Source: Balamuthia mandrillaris
Lineage: Eukaryota
Length of the DNA: 64,000 nucleotides
Direction: 5' to 3'
NCBI GenBank assembly: GCA_031835245.2
Contig: JAVKOQ020000074.1
Span: 124,001 to 188,000, forward strand
Within the stretch, counting starts at the first letter, position 1, and each line of letters starts with the position of its first letter. Below, piece after piece: positions 1 through 11,907 of this stretch. The position numbers and the translations under genes are program-made. Under the pieces are notes generated by a model that ran no database searches, was not told where the DNA came from, and saw only the letters and a list, made by a program, of their open reading frames with translations.

Positions 1-17
1 TTTTTTTTTGGCTTTTG

Positions 18-1628
18 TTAGGGCGGGGAAAGAGGAGGCCAGCGATGGTGCTCCGCGATGAAGTCCAGGAGATGCGCCAAGCCGTGCTGCTCGTAGCGCT
101 TTTTGGCCTGACGGAAGCCCTCTCGGTAGGGCCTGCCCCACTCGCCCTTTTGGGTGCCGATGGCCGCCAGGGCGTGCTCCGCCTCCTCGTTGGGCAGGTC
201 CCCCGCCTTGATCATCGCCTGGATGACCAGCCAGGCGCAGAGCTCGGCCAGGCCCTCTCTTATCTCGGCGGAGAGCTCCAGGAAGGCAAAGTCTGGCCGG
301 AGGCTCATCCACACGTGCATGAACTCATGGGCGATGACAGCATAGGTCTTACCTCTGGGCAAACCTGCCAGTATGGCCACCGAGTGAACCTGTCTCTCTT
401 TCAATGGGGGTCTTCGTTGCTGCTGTTGATCCCTGGAAGTGGTGGAAGTGATGGTGACTCCAACGGTGCAAGAGTGTTGTTCCTCCTCCGCTGCAGCCAA
501 GACCTCCATCTCGTCTCTGTACACGAGAAACACGGCTCGTCCCTCCAACGCGCTATCTCCAACCTGCGCAGCGAACCACCGCCCCACCTCATTGAAGCAC
601 TCCAGGGCTATCCTGTCCTCGGTCACCGCTGTGGCCTTGCAGGTCTGACAGATCTTGCGTCCATCGGGGTAGGTATGGAAGGGCCTCAAGGCTCCCAAGG
701 GTCGTTTGCAGCCCAAGCAAAGGCAGACCTCCTCGTCGTTGTGGGTGCTGCAGCGGCTCTCGTTGATGTCTGGATAGGTTATGTACATGCCGGAGACGAA
801 GCGGCCGCAGACCACGCACTTAGGCACAAAGAGCTCCTTGTGACAGGTCTCGCAGAAGATGTCGTCCTCGCCCTCACGGATGTAGCTTTCTTGGGGGCGG
901 TTGCAGCCGCTGCAGCGGTGACAGAGTTGGCAGAGGCTGAGGCGTGCAGATCGGAAGGTTTCTTCGGAGCTGTTCTTGGTTTGTTTGCAGAGAGTGCAGC
1001 GAAAGGTAGCGGGTGTCGTTGTGGTTGTTGATATGGCTGTCGTTGTGGCAGTTGGAGAGAAGGAGAGCAAAGGAGGAGGAGGACGAGATGTGGAGGAAGA
1101 AGAAGAAGAAGAGGAAGAAGAAGAAGGTGACCGAGAAGAACCTGTTGATGAAGAAATGGTAGCTGGAGAAGGAGAACGTAAAGGAGAGGTGGGTGTAGAG
1201 GTAGAAGGAGAGGAAGTTTGCGACGAAGGGGAAGGGCGCCGCGAAGGAGAGGGGGAGGACGGCTGTGACTGTTTTCGTTTTTTTGACCTGACAGAAGATG
1301 CTGAAGAGGTTGTTGTGACATTGTGACGAAGCGTGACCTTTGGCTGCAACGTCTCCAGTGAACAGAGGAGGCACCATTCCGTCTCCTCTATTTCAGCACG
1401 CATCTCTTTGCCCGCTCGTTGCACAGACTTGAAGCCAAGGTTCCACAGCAACAGCTCGGCGGCCTGCCTCTCCTCCTCTTGCCAAGCCTCGGGCAGGGAG
1501 AAGCGAAGGCGCAGCATGGCATTGCCTTTGGCATCATCTGCGGTCGTTTCCTCGGTTGCCGCCTTGTACAACCAGGCCAGCTGCTTCTGCGCATGCCGCG
1601 ACAAGTAGGACTCCAACAGACCCTCCAT
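18..1628 (-). CDS. LIM/zinc-finger plus DA1-like zinc metallopeptidase protein (intronless, ~536 aa)
   Basis: Within ORF 18..2237(-); likely ATG at 1628 (MEGLLESY), since the upstream part overlaps the divergent gene. Repeated CxxC motifs (CETC..CVVC, CLGC..CQTC), then AHEFMHVW (HExxH, nt 315-329), EGLAELC and YREGF, as in the DA1 peptidase domain. Confidence 0.75.
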   Translation of the reverse strand: MEGLLESYLSRHAQKQLAWLYKAATEETTADDAKGNAMLRLRFSLPEAWQEEERQAAELLLWNLGFKSVQRAGKEMRAEIEETEWCLLCSLETLQPKVTLRHNVTTTSSASSVRSKKRKQSQPSSPSPSRRPSPSSQTSSPSTSTPTSPLRSPSPATISSSTGSSRSPSSSSSSSSSSSTSRPPPPLLSFSPTATTTAISTTTTTPATFRCTLCKQTKNSSEETFRSARLSLCQLCHRCSGCNRPQESYIREGEDDIFCETCHKELFVPKCVVCGRFVSGMYITYPDINESRCSTHNDEEVCLCLGCKRPLGALRPFHTYPDGRKICQTCKATAVTEDRIALECFNEVGRWFAAQVGDSALEGRAVFLVYRDEMEVLAAAEEEQHSCTVGVTITSTTSRDQQQQRRPPLKERQVHSVAILAGLPRGKTYAVIAHEFMHVWMSLRPDFAFLELSAEIREGLAELCAWLVIQAMIKAGDLPNEEAEHALAAIGTQKGEWGRPYREGFRQAKKRYEQHGLAHLLDFIAEHHRWPPLSPP

Positions 1629-1749
1629 TCTGCTCTGTTTGGTGGTAATGCGTTTCGCTTTGCAGATCAACTGATATTTTAAGATCATCCAATAGAAAAT
1701 CAAAAAACCATTATTTGTCGACCGGAATAACAAACGGATCGGCAGAGCC

Positions 1750-3338
1750 ATGGAACAGAGCGGTGGAGGATGGCAGGAGACCCATGACCCTGCTCTTGCC
1801 AAGAAGCTGGAGGAGCGTGCCAGGGGACAGGTGCTGAGATGGGCTGGCGTGAAAAGCGCCGGGCGCAGAGCTGCAGCGAAGGAGGCCGAGCACGTTGAGC
1901 GCAGGACGGACGCCGCTGTGGCCGCTGCCAGAGTCAAGAAGCTGGCCGACCATCTTGGCGCCATAGCGGTGGTTGAGCCGCAGAAAACTCTGCCAGTGCT
2001 TGCAGAGTGCGACGTCTTGGTCGTGGGCGGCGGTCCATCTGGGCTGGCAGCCGCGATAGGCGCCGCTCGCGCTGGCGCTGACACCATCCTCATGGAGAGG
2101 TATGGCTGCTTTGGGGGCTGCATTACCACCGTGGGCATGGAGACGCTGGCTTGGTACAGATACGAAGGCACGACCGACGTGGAGGGCGTGGGCATCGAGA
2201 TGGAGCGCCTCGCAGCGCAGATGGGCGGTACGGTCAAGTTCGCCTACAATGACTCTCACTGCTTGGATGCGGACTTCTTCAAGATTGTTGCCGACCGAAT
2301 GGTGCGTGAGAACGGCATCCGGCCGCTGCTCCATACGATGGCGGTGGAAGTGGTGAAGGATGAGTACGGGGATGTGGCTGGCGTTGTTACAGAGAGCAAG
2401 TCCGGCCGGATGGTGGTACAGGCCAAGCGTGTGGTGGACTGCACGGGAGACGCCGATGTCGCCTTCCTCGCTGGAGCGCCTTACACAAAATACGAGCCTG
2501 AGCACATGATGAGTGTTACTACAGTTTTCAACGCAAGCAACATCGACAAGCAGTGCTTCCTCGAGTACACAGAGCGCAACCCTGCCACGTACAAGGACTG
2601 GAGTAGAGAGTGGGAACAGGAAACGACCGGAAAGGAGGATGCTCTTCGGAGTCCTTATCTTGACTTGGAATTCGTCAAGGCGCAAGAGGCCGGTGTAATG
2701 CCCTCAGACGCGGAGCAGAAGAAAGAGAACGTTTGGATCGGAGGAACGTGGTCCTCGCTCACTAATGCCGGAGAGGCAACCAACCTCAACCTCGTCCACA
2801 TGAGTCAAGTGGATGCTACCAACGTGTTGGAACTCACTCGTGCCGAGATGGAAGGCAGAAGACAGGTCATGCACGCCCTTGCTGCTCTCCGCCACACCGT
2901 GCCAGGCTTTGAGAAGGCCAAGCTGCGCAACATGGGGATGACGTTGGGCGTGCGAGACACCCGCAAGATCGTGGGACGTACAACCTCACAGAGCAGGATG
3001 TCAAGGGGCAGGCTCGTTTCGATGATTCCATCGGCATCTTTCCTGAGTTCATCGATGGCTACAACGTATTGATCCTGCCCACAACCGGTCGCTACTTCCA
3101 CGTGCCGTTGGGCTGCCTTGTCCCAAAGGGCGTGGACAACCTCCTCGTGGCAGGGAGGTGCGTTGCAGGAGATCGCGTTTCGCATGCTGCCACCAGAAAC
3201 ATGATGTGCTGCACCGTCACCGGCCAAGGAGCAGGCGTGGCTGCTGCTGTCTCCATCAAGGCAGGCACCACCACTTCCAACGTCGACATCGGGGAAGTTC
3301 AGAAAGAGCTCCTTCGCCAGGGTGTGCGGATCCATTGA
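1750..3338 (+). CDS. FAD-dependent oxidoreductase (FAD_oxidored-like), split by a 1-nt frameshift at ~2978
   Basis: DVLVVGGGPSGLAAAIGAARAG, ERYGCFGG, VDCTGDADVA and LGVRDTRKIVG in ORF 1750..3072. The C-terminus (YNLTEQDV..FDDSIG..VPLGCLVPKGVDNLLVAGRC..TGQGAGVAAA) continues in the frame of ORF 3069..3338. Confidence 0.85.
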
Positions 3339-3517
3339 CCTCTTTTTCATATTTTTGATTTTTGATTGTTCGTTTTATTTTTGTCGACACAAATAATCTC
3401 ACATAGATTAGATCACCCAATTATAAATCATAAAATAACTTAGCACAATATGTAAATTTGTCGACAATCATTAAAAAATAAACACAAATCGAAAAAAAAA
3501 ACAAAGAAAGACCAGTG

Positions 3518-4035
3518 ATGGTGTTTTGTACCAAGTGTGGCACCCAGATCGGGGCAAGCGACCGTTTTTGCGGTTCCTGCGGCACAGCTGCGGTGGCTCC
3601 ACCCTCCTCTTCCTCTTCCTCCTCCTCGACGACCTCGGGCAGCAGCGGCATCAAGAGCTGTGCCAGATGTGGCCAAGAAGTGTTGGGCGTTGGCTACGAG
3701 TACAACGGTGCCTCCTACCACGAGCCTTGCTTCCGCTGTCAGGCCTGCAAGTGCACCCTCAACGGCGTGCCCTTTGTGATGCGAGGCGGACAACCCATTT
3801 GCAACAACTGCCAGCTACCCAGGGCCAAGAACGTCTCCAACTGTGCCGGCTGTGGGGCTGCCTTGTCTGGAAAAATGCTTGCGTACCGTTTCTTCCTTCC
3901 TTCTTTCTTTCTTATTGTTCTTCTACCATAAGTTCTTGTTCTTCTTCTTCTTCGCTCACTTCTTCTTCTTCTCCTTCTTGTTCTTGTTCTTGTTGTTGTT
4001 GTTCTTCTTCTTGTTCTTGTTTTTTGTTTTGTTGT

Positions 4036-4075
<40 letters not shown>

Positions 4076-4404
4076 GTTGTTGTGTTGTTGTTGTTGTTCT
4101 TGTTCTTGTTGTTGTTGTTCTTCTTCTTGTTCTTGTTCTTCTTGTTCTTGTTCTTCTTCTTCTTCTTCTTCTTCTTCTTCTTCTCAAAAACAAAAAAAAA
4201 AATAGTGCTCTGGACAAGAAATGGCATCCAGAATGTTTCAAGTGTAGCGGCTGCCACAAGACCCTCACCGGCGCGTTCATGGAGAAAGGAGGCAACCCCT
4301 ACTGTGCCGGCTGCCTTCCACAAACGACCACCGTCACGTACGGCCAACGCCGACCCGGCTTCACCATCGACCCCATCACCGGCGAGAAGAAGTACAGAAC
4401 GTGA
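3518..4404 (+). CDS. Zinc-ribbon plus two LIM domain protein; intron 3883..4205
   Basis: FCTKCG..FCGSCG zinc ribbon. LIM1 CARC..YHEPCFRCQAC..CNNC. LIM2 CAGC..(splice)..ALDKKWHPECFKCSGC..PYCAGC. A GT..AG intron filled with CTT/GTT repeats restores the frame. Confidence 0.85.
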
Positions 4405-4809
4405 AGCGGAAAAAAAAAAGAGGACACAATGCCCATTGCTTGTTTGGGTTTGTTATTACTTATTTTTTTAAAAATGTATTCATTCACCCCAAACAAAGCC
4501 ACCACATAAACAAACATAAAATACTGAACACAAGCAAAAAGAAAAAAGAGAAGAGAAGAAAAGAAAAACAAAAAACAGAAAAAAAAAACAAAAGAAAAAT
4601 GCGACGGACGGTATGTGTCGAACGTACGACCTTTTGGATGACACCCAAACAAATTCTTCGCAGAAAAATTTCGCGAAAATCAGTTTTCAGCTAACAAAAA
4701 AAATTGATGAGGATTTTTTTTTAGGGGTTCACACAGCAGCGAGGCCCAAGCAAACTAATTAGAGGTTTCGGCCAAGCAAAAAAAAGTAGCGAAAAAAAAA
4801 ACAAAAATA

Positions 4810-7114
4810 ATGGAGAAGGTGAAGGCTGTGTTGGAGAAGATGAAGCCAGAGAGGCAAGCGGTAGAGGAGGCCAAGATCTCCTTTGATGCCTCTCTCTTTG
4901 GGCAGCAACTGCAGGCCACCTTCAAGGACCTCTTCTACTCCAACAAGTACAGCGACGTGGACCTGGTCCTCCAGGCGGGCGGTCAGAAGGAAATCATCCC
5001 CGCGCACCGCTTCATCCTCTATGCCTGGAGCCCCAAGCTGCGCAAGCAGCTGGAGGAGCTGCCTTCCAACGGGGAAGGAGCCACCATTGTCATCGAGGAA
5101 GTGCGCACCAAAGAGGATGCCCTCAATTTCAAGTTCATGCTTGAATTTATGTATACTGGTAAATCTGTCTCTCTTTTTTTTTTCTCTCTTACTGTCTGTT
5201 TCTTTCTTTCTTTCTTTTCTTCGTTCTTTTGTTCTATTATCTTACTCCTCTTTGCTTCTTCTTGTTCTTCTTGTTCTTCTTCTTCTTCTTCTTCTTCTTC
5301 TTCTTCTTCTTCTTCTTCTTTCTTGTCTCCGTCTCCGTCGTTGTCGTCATCGTATTCCTCTTGCTGCCTCCCTTTCTGCTTGTTCTTCTCCTTCTTCTTT
5401 CTTTCTATCCTTTTTCCGTTCTTTCTGCTTCCTCTCGGTAGGTTCTAGCCAACAAGTCATAACGCCAGAGAACGGGATGTCCCTGTTGCAGCTTTGCCAT
5501 GCGTATGGTGTGGATACGTTGAAGGAAGAGTGTGGCGAGTTTCTGTTCGAGAACTCTCAGGAACACTTGGATGTTCCCTTGCTCTTGGGTATGGTCAACT
5601 CTCTTCCCGTCCTAACCCTTTGTTCTCTTCCATCCTCTCCTCTCCTCTCAAAATTGAAGTTTGTACTTACGACAATTTGTGGTCTTAGACTTGGTTGACA
5701 AGTATGGCGTTAGACGTCTTGAGAAACGTTGTGCAGAGCACTTGGGTACTTGTTTTTTTATTATTATTATTATTATTTTTAAAAAAGGTTTTATGTTGTG
5801 CACTGACTAACGTTGCTGCTTCACGCCTGCAGCCGAAAACTTTGTGGAATTATTGGAAGCGGGATCTTTGTGGGCTCTCAACACCAGCACATGGGCTGAA
5901 CTCATCAAAAGCGATGAAATCAAGGTCACAAGGTACTTTTCTCCCCTCTCCTTTACTCCTCCTTTCTCATCCTTATTGATACTAAATGGTTGTTACTCAC
6001 CCAAAAGAGAAGAAGAGATTTTCAACGCTATTCTTCAGTTTGCGGATCTCAAAGGAAAGAACAACAAAGAAAAGAGAGAAATCTTAGAACAGCTCTTGCC
6101 CCACATCCGCTATGTCTACTGTTCTGCCAAGTTCCTCGTTGAAGAAGTTGAGAAAGACGAATTTCTTTCCTCTATTCCTTTGCTCAAGAGTTTGTCTCTC
6201 TTCGTCTTTCTCCTTGGTTTCTATTTGCTTACTTTGTGAATTTTAGCGTTGTTGTTTGCCACCTTCCGGTACCGAGTGTGTCCTGATGCTCCCACCACTC
6301 TTGTAGTTTCTCGCAGAAAGGGTACCTTTTCTTCATCTTTTGCCATTTCTTCATGCATTGTCTTTCTTTCCTAACTATTATTTTTATACTTGTGATTAAA
6401 CAGCCAACAAGAATGTACACCTTACTTGGGATAAAGATCAAAGCTTCACCAATAACATCTACCAACTGGAAAACGAGGGCCTCACCGCCCACAAGGTTAA
6501 CATGCCGGGCACCATCTACGTCATGAGAACCAAAGGCATCCTCTCCCCGCCTGGCCCTTATTTCTACGAGATCAGCGTCGACGCCATGAGCGGCAGCTCT
6601 GAACTTCACATTGGTCTTTGTATTGAAAACTTTGCGTATGTTCACCATTTTCTTTCTTTCCTTCTGCTTTCTTGCCCTTTCTAGTTTTGAACTCAAAAAA
6701 CAAAACAAACAAAAATAGTTTCACAACGGCCTATTTGAGGTCTCAAGGCGCTTACTATTGGGAGAGAACTGGTGACATCATGCAAGACTATGGCACTCGT
6801 GTTGCCGGCTCTGGAACTCCCCTCAAAGTTGGCGACAAGTAATTCTCGTTCTTCTTCTTGTGCTTCTTCTTCTTCTTCTCTTCTTTGCTCACTTCTGTAT
6901 TTCAAATTTAAGGTTGGGCTTCTTGATTGATTTCGCCGCCTCCACGCTGGAATTCTTCCGCAACGACACCAGCGTTCACACCTTCCGCAGCATCCCCAAC
7001 AAGCTGTGGCCGGTCATTGCCGCCAGGGACGTCGGCACCAAGCTCACTCTGGTCTGCGGCAAGCAGCCCCCTCTCTACAGGATCGGCGGTGGCGGCTCCT
7101 CTTCCTCCTCGTAA
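4810..7114 (+). CDS. BTB/POZ-BACK-SPRY domain protein (multi-exon)
   Basis: YSDVDLVL..IPAHRFILYAWSP..FMLEFMYTG (BTB); EEEIFNAILQF..LEQLLPHIRY (BACK); YFYEISVD..LHIGL..GFLIDF..LEFFRND..LWPVI (SPRY). Several GT-AG introns. Confidence 0.8.
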
Positions 7115-7554
7115 CGCCACAACGATTTTGGCATGAGGCGAGGGGCGCACGTAGCCTTGTTGGACGAAGGGGTTCAACACCGTTTTTTTTTTCGCACTAA
7201 ATGTCTAAAAATGTGAGTTCAAAACCACACTACCCAAGTCACCCCCCTTGCCCAGATGTGAATTTTACCCTCCCTTTTCCTGTCGCTTTCACCCCTACCG
7301 CGAAAGGAGCAATTTAAGGCGCTCGTTGCTCGAGGGTTACCTTCCAAATAAAGGCTCTACCTTCCTTTCTGGAGCAAAACGCCAATTATCATCCCATTTT
7401 CGGTTCTCCCTCCGGTAAAACTTTTTTTTCTTTTGTTCTGTCTTTGCTTTTCTTTCTTCCGTTCTTTTTGTTTCGCCAAAACAAAGACCATCACTTCCGC
7501 CCGGACCCTCACTTCCCGCACGACACACACAACACACACCAACAAAAACAAACG

Positions 7555-8310
7555 ATGAAGACCCTCACCGCCGCCCTCGTTTTCGCCGTTTTGTTGGCCG
7601 CCGTGGCTGCCATGCCCTTCCGCCCCGCCCCTCGCCCCATCGCCGTGGCCGAGGACTTGGAGGAGCCCGCCCCCCAGGTCGGCGGCTTCTCCACCTGCTA
7701 CATCTGCCAGTTCCTCTTCAACTACGCCAAGGACTATGTCCAGCAGAACCAGACCATCGACCAGATCGAGTCCGCCCTCAAGTTTGTCTGCGACCTCGCC
7801 CCCGGCAGCTTTGACACCGTTTGCAAGTCCTTCGTCACCCAGTACACCCCCCGCCTGGTGAACCTCATCCTGGCCGGCGTGGACGGCACCAAGGCCTGCA
7901 AGGAACTCGGCCTCTGCAGCTCCAAGAGCATGAACCTCGGCGAGGAGGACCTCGAGTTTGTCAAGGCCTTCATGGCCATCGATGAGAAGCTCAGGACCCT
8001 CGCCAACGAGCAGCTCAAGGCCCCCAAGAAGGACTCCACCACCTGCTCCATCTGCATGATGATGGTCGGCTTTGCGGAGAACTACCTCAAGAACAACGCC
8101 ACCCAGCAGCAGATCATTGACGCCCTCGACAAGATCTGCGCCATGACCCCCTTTGAGCAGCAGTGCGACGCCGCCGTGGCCCACTACGTGCCCTACGTCA
8201 TCAACCTCTTGTCCAACGGCTACCCTCCCTCTGAGGTTTGCGGCATGCTCGGCCTCTGCGACTCCGCCGTTGCCTCCTTCAAGCGCGTTCTCCCCACCGC
8301 TCAATTCTAA
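7555..8310 (+). CDS. Secreted saposin-like protein with two SapB domains
   Basis: Signal peptide MKTLTAALVFAVLLAAVAA; two six-Cys saposin-B repeats (CYIC..C..C..CKELGLC and CSIC..C..C..CGMLGLC); strong GC3 codon bias. Confidence 0.9.
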   Translation: MKTLTAALVFAVLLAAVAAMPFRPAPRPIAVAEDLEEPAPQVGGFSTCYICQFLFNYAKDYVQQNQTIDQIESALKFVCDLAPGSFDTVCKSFVTQYTPRLVNLILAGVDGTKACKELGLCSSKSMNLGEEDLEFVKAFMAIDEKLRTLANEQLKAPKKDSTTCSICMMMVGFAENYLKNNATQQQIIDALDKICAMTPFEQQCDAAVAHYVPYVINLLSNGYPPSEVCGMLGLCDSAVASFKRVLPTAQF

Positions 8311-8405
8311 GCCTTTTGTTGTGTGATTGATTGTTCGTAACAAATTCAAAACCCCAAAATCGATTTTGTTTCTTCGTCTTCTTATCTCTGCTTTCTTTCA
8401 GTTGC

Positions 8406-9507
8406 TCACCACCATTTTTCAAAGCGAAGATGAGGAGTGGGATCGAATAGGGTTTCTTGTTGGAGGAGCCCCACAAGAGTGTCGGTCATGGAGGGCGGGC
8501 CGCACAGAAAGCACAAAGGCCTCTCTGCGGCCGCTACTCCGCGCTTCGTCAGTTCCTCGCCCAACGCTCTCTGAAGGTCCTCCTGGGAGATCCTTCTGCC
8601 TCTTGTGATCCGTACCACTGTCTCCGCGCTGGCATCAAGAGAAGAAGGAGAGGAAGAAGAGGAAGGAGGAGCGGTAAGAAAAAAGTGGAGGCGAAGTTGG
8701 CCATGGCTGTGCTTTGCCAACTCGCGCAACTCCTCTCCAAAGAGAAGTTCCTCCTCCGTCTTGGCACTGTACAGACACAAAGCTTTCACCTCGCGCCGTG
8801 CTTCTTGTGAAGGTTCAAAGAGTTGGAGAAGCATGGAGTAGAGCGGATTGATGCCCATTCCTCCCGCGATGAACAACAGCCCGCTGAGAGGAGGATGCTC
8901 GGCGGCTTCTGCTTTTGCTTCCTCTTCTCGAGTTGGATGAGGAAGAGACAAAAAGAACTCTCCCCCGACTCGCATCCCGATAATGTCTCCTTCCTGATGA
9001 AGTTTGAAAGAGTGGGGGTTAACGAGAGGAGGAGGAAACATAAGAGCAGCAAGCAGGATAGGAATGACTGGGAGAAAAAAAACCTTTGCTGTGCGATGCA
9101 TCCAAAAGGCAGGCGGATGAGTGCTAAACTTTACGGCCAGCAACAGAGTGCCCTCCTGCTGGAACTGACGCAAGGAAGAGCATATGCTGTAGCCTCCCAC
9201 GACCTCACATCCTGGCAGATGACAATCCAACCACTTTTTTTTGGTTTCAGTCAATCAGCACACACACCTCAAGATGAAACCGTTTCCTGATGCTGCCCCA
9301 ACCTACCTGACCAGGCTTGAAGGTGAAGGAACTCCCGGCATCGACCACACGAAGCAAAAAGGTTTTTACCGTGGGCGTGGCCTGGCGGATCTTCTCTATG
9401 ACCGCTCTGTGCTGTGTCTCCTCCCGCTGGACGTGCGCTGTGAGCTCCGCGTGGCCCTTCCTCTCCCTGCTTTCTTGCGCTTTCTCCGTTGTTGTTTGCT
9501 GCTCCAT
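8406..9507 (-). CDS. Oxidoreductase NAD-binding domain protein (FNR family, OXNAD1-like), two introns
   Basis: FTFKPGQ|WLD..GGYSICSS..LAVK..HPPA..FIAGGMGINPLYSML..LYSAK..FLCGPPSM..FEKWW. Confidence 0.85.
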
Positions 9508-9775
9508 AAATTATTTTTTTGTTTGCATGGGCAGGAGATAAAAATTTCCAAGTCCTCCCAAAAGACTCCTCATTTTAAAGCAATGACATCATTGATAACC
9601 TTATAGTGATATAGCTGACGTGGTCGCTTATAATGCACAAAAAGAAAGCGAGAGAGAAAGAGTTTGATGGAAGAGAGAAAGATCTGTGTAAATTTTTTTT
9701 GTTTGTCTTTGTTTGGCGAGGAAGAAGGAATATTCGTACATAGTAACGGTTTGTGTTTTTTTTTTTGTTTTTGAT

Positions 9776-10387
9776 TTACTGAGCGAAAGACTCGTCTCCT
9801 CCCTTTCCTTCGTCGTCGGACGAGGAGGAAGAACCGTCCTTGGCCTCCTTGCCCTTTCCTTCGTCCTTCTTGGGTTGGTTCTTGTTGTTGGAGTTGGAGC
9901 CCTCTCCGCTCCTGGCGGCGCTTCTGAGCCTGTAGTTGACCACAATATGGCCGCGCTTCTCCTGGGGCTTCTTGAGCTTGATCATGACCTTGAGCACTCC
10001 GTTCTTGTAGCGGGCGTCGATGTATTTCTTCTGGACGAGGTCGGCAAGCTTTTCGGGCACCTCGATCTCCCGCTTGAACTCACCTCCCACGCGCTCGTTG
10101 ATGAAGTACTCCACACCCTCCTTCTTGTCCACCTGCCTCACACCGGAGACGATGATGGTCTTACCGTCGTACTGGATCTCAAAGTCCTCCTGGTTGAGGC
10201 CGGGGAGGTCCAGCTTGGCCATAAGCCACTTGTTGTCGGTGTAGAGATCGGTGGGGGGCTCCTTCATGCCGCCCTTCTCTCCGCCGTGGCCTTTCTCTCC
10301 TCCTTCCTTGGAGCTGGGGCCGGGCTCTCCGCCCTCCTCCTCCTGAGGGTGGGAGGTGGTGTCATGGGTCTCCTCTTCGGCGGACAT
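9776..10387 (-). CDS. Small heat shock protein (HSP20/alpha-crystallin domain)
   Basis: PPTDLY..LDLPGL..IIVSGVR..ERVGGEFKREIEVP..IDARYKNGVLKV. Confidence 0.9.
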   Translation of the reverse strand: MSAEEETHDTTSHPQEEEGGEPGPSSKEGGEKGHGGEKGGMKEPPTDLYTDNKWLMAKLDLPGLNQEDFEIQYDGKTIIVSGVRQVDKKEGVEYFINERVGGEFKREIEVPEKLADLVQKKYIDARYKNGVLKVMIKLKKPQEKRGHIVVNYRLRSAARSGEGSNSNNKNQPKKDEGKGKEAKDGSSSSSDDEGKGGDESFAQ

Positions 10388-10803
10388 TATGTGTGTGTGC
10401 GGTGATGTGTGTGTTATAAAAGTTTTAAAAAAAGAAATGAAAAAAGTAACTCGGGTCTTTTATTGAGTTTTTTTTTTGGGTGTGACGAGGAAAAAGTTGA
10501 GGGGACGTAAACCAGCAAGAAGATAGAGAAGGGTAACCGTTTCAATTAATCACGATGGTTACTATGAGCACTGGGTTCGTTGCTATACCAGATGCTCGAG
10601 GGTTTCACTTATTTCAAAATTCATTGGTGGATCACTTAACCCCGTAAGATATCTCCGTTGGAATTCTGATCTCCTGGCCTTTTTGGTACTGTTTTCCGAT
10701 ATATATTTAGCACACCTGTTGCCTGAGCGACGCTTTAAAGTTGCCAGGACGACCTCCAACAAAGAAGTTTGGTAGCGCGGTTCCTCTCTGGCCTGGACAA
10801 GGA

Positions 10804-11675
10804 ATGATCGTGGTGTTGATGGGAGTATCAGGTTCGTGTTGCCTGCCTTTTTTTTTTGTTCGTCGTAGGTTGGTGCTTGGAGTGCTCATACACGCAGGGC
10901 TCTCCAATGGGTGATGTTGTGTAGGTTGTGGCAAGACGACGATAGGCCAAGGGTTAAAGTCAGTGTTGACCTCTGCTTCTTCCTTTTCAGGGGGGTGGGA
11001 GTTTGTCGATGGCGACGACTATCACCCCAAGGGCAATGTTGAGAAAATGTCTTCAGGCATTCCTTTGGATGGTGGCTCCTTCAACTGCTTTCTTTCTCCG
11101 CTCACACAAAAGAAAAAGCTCACCTTTCTTTCCACAGATGAGGACAGACGTGGGTGGCTTGAGCAGTTGAGCAAGCTCCTCCATGAGTGGGCAGCAAGTG
11201 GGCAGAACAGGATATTGGCATGCTCTGCTTTGAAGAGACGGTATCGAGACCTGTTGAGGGGTGGCGATCTGCCCTCTGGAGCAGCAGAGGAGAAGCAACG
11301 ACCCCCGGTGGTGTTTGTTCACTTGCAAGGCAGCTTTGAGGTCTTTCAGCAGCGGTTACGGAAGAGACAGCATCACTTCATGAAAGAGAAAATGTTGCAA
11401 AGCCAGGTACGCGTTTTGAGGATACAGAGAGGAACAGAGGAGAGAAAGTGCATAGAAGAGGGGGAAGCAACAAAGAGAAGAAGAGGAGAGATGGAGAAAA
11501 CAAAAAAAACCGTTTTTCAATAACCGATGAGACAAAAAAGTTTGATGCATTGGAACCGTTAGAGCCCGATGAAGACGGCTTCGTGGTGGATGTAGGACAT
11601 CATCCGGACCATCAACCCTCCGTCGAGTGCATCGTCAACGATATCGCCAGCAAGCTTCTCTCCGAGCAGCAGTGA
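10804..11675 (+). CDS. Gluconokinase (GntK/IDNK family), multi-exon
   Basis: MIVVLMGVSG|CGKTT (P-loop split by an intron), FVDGDDYHPKGNVEKMSSGIPL, DEDRRGWL, ILACSALKRRYRDLL, HFMKEKMLQSQ|FDALEPL. Confidence 0.9.
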
Positions 11676-11907
11676 AGCTCCTATCTCTGCTCCGTCTTTT
11701 TTGTCGACACATCGTTACACCGGCAAGAGCAGCGCCCAAGAGCAAAGATTGTCTATCAGCCGAGATAACATTTTCACGTGGTTTCAATTGGACAAATATA
11801 ACGCTGTATAATGTCCCCATTGTTTTTTCCGATTTGCAATATTAAAGATTTTCTCTCTCTCTTCCGCGTTGAAAGAAGTGAAACAACAACCAAGAAGAAA
11901 GCAGGCC

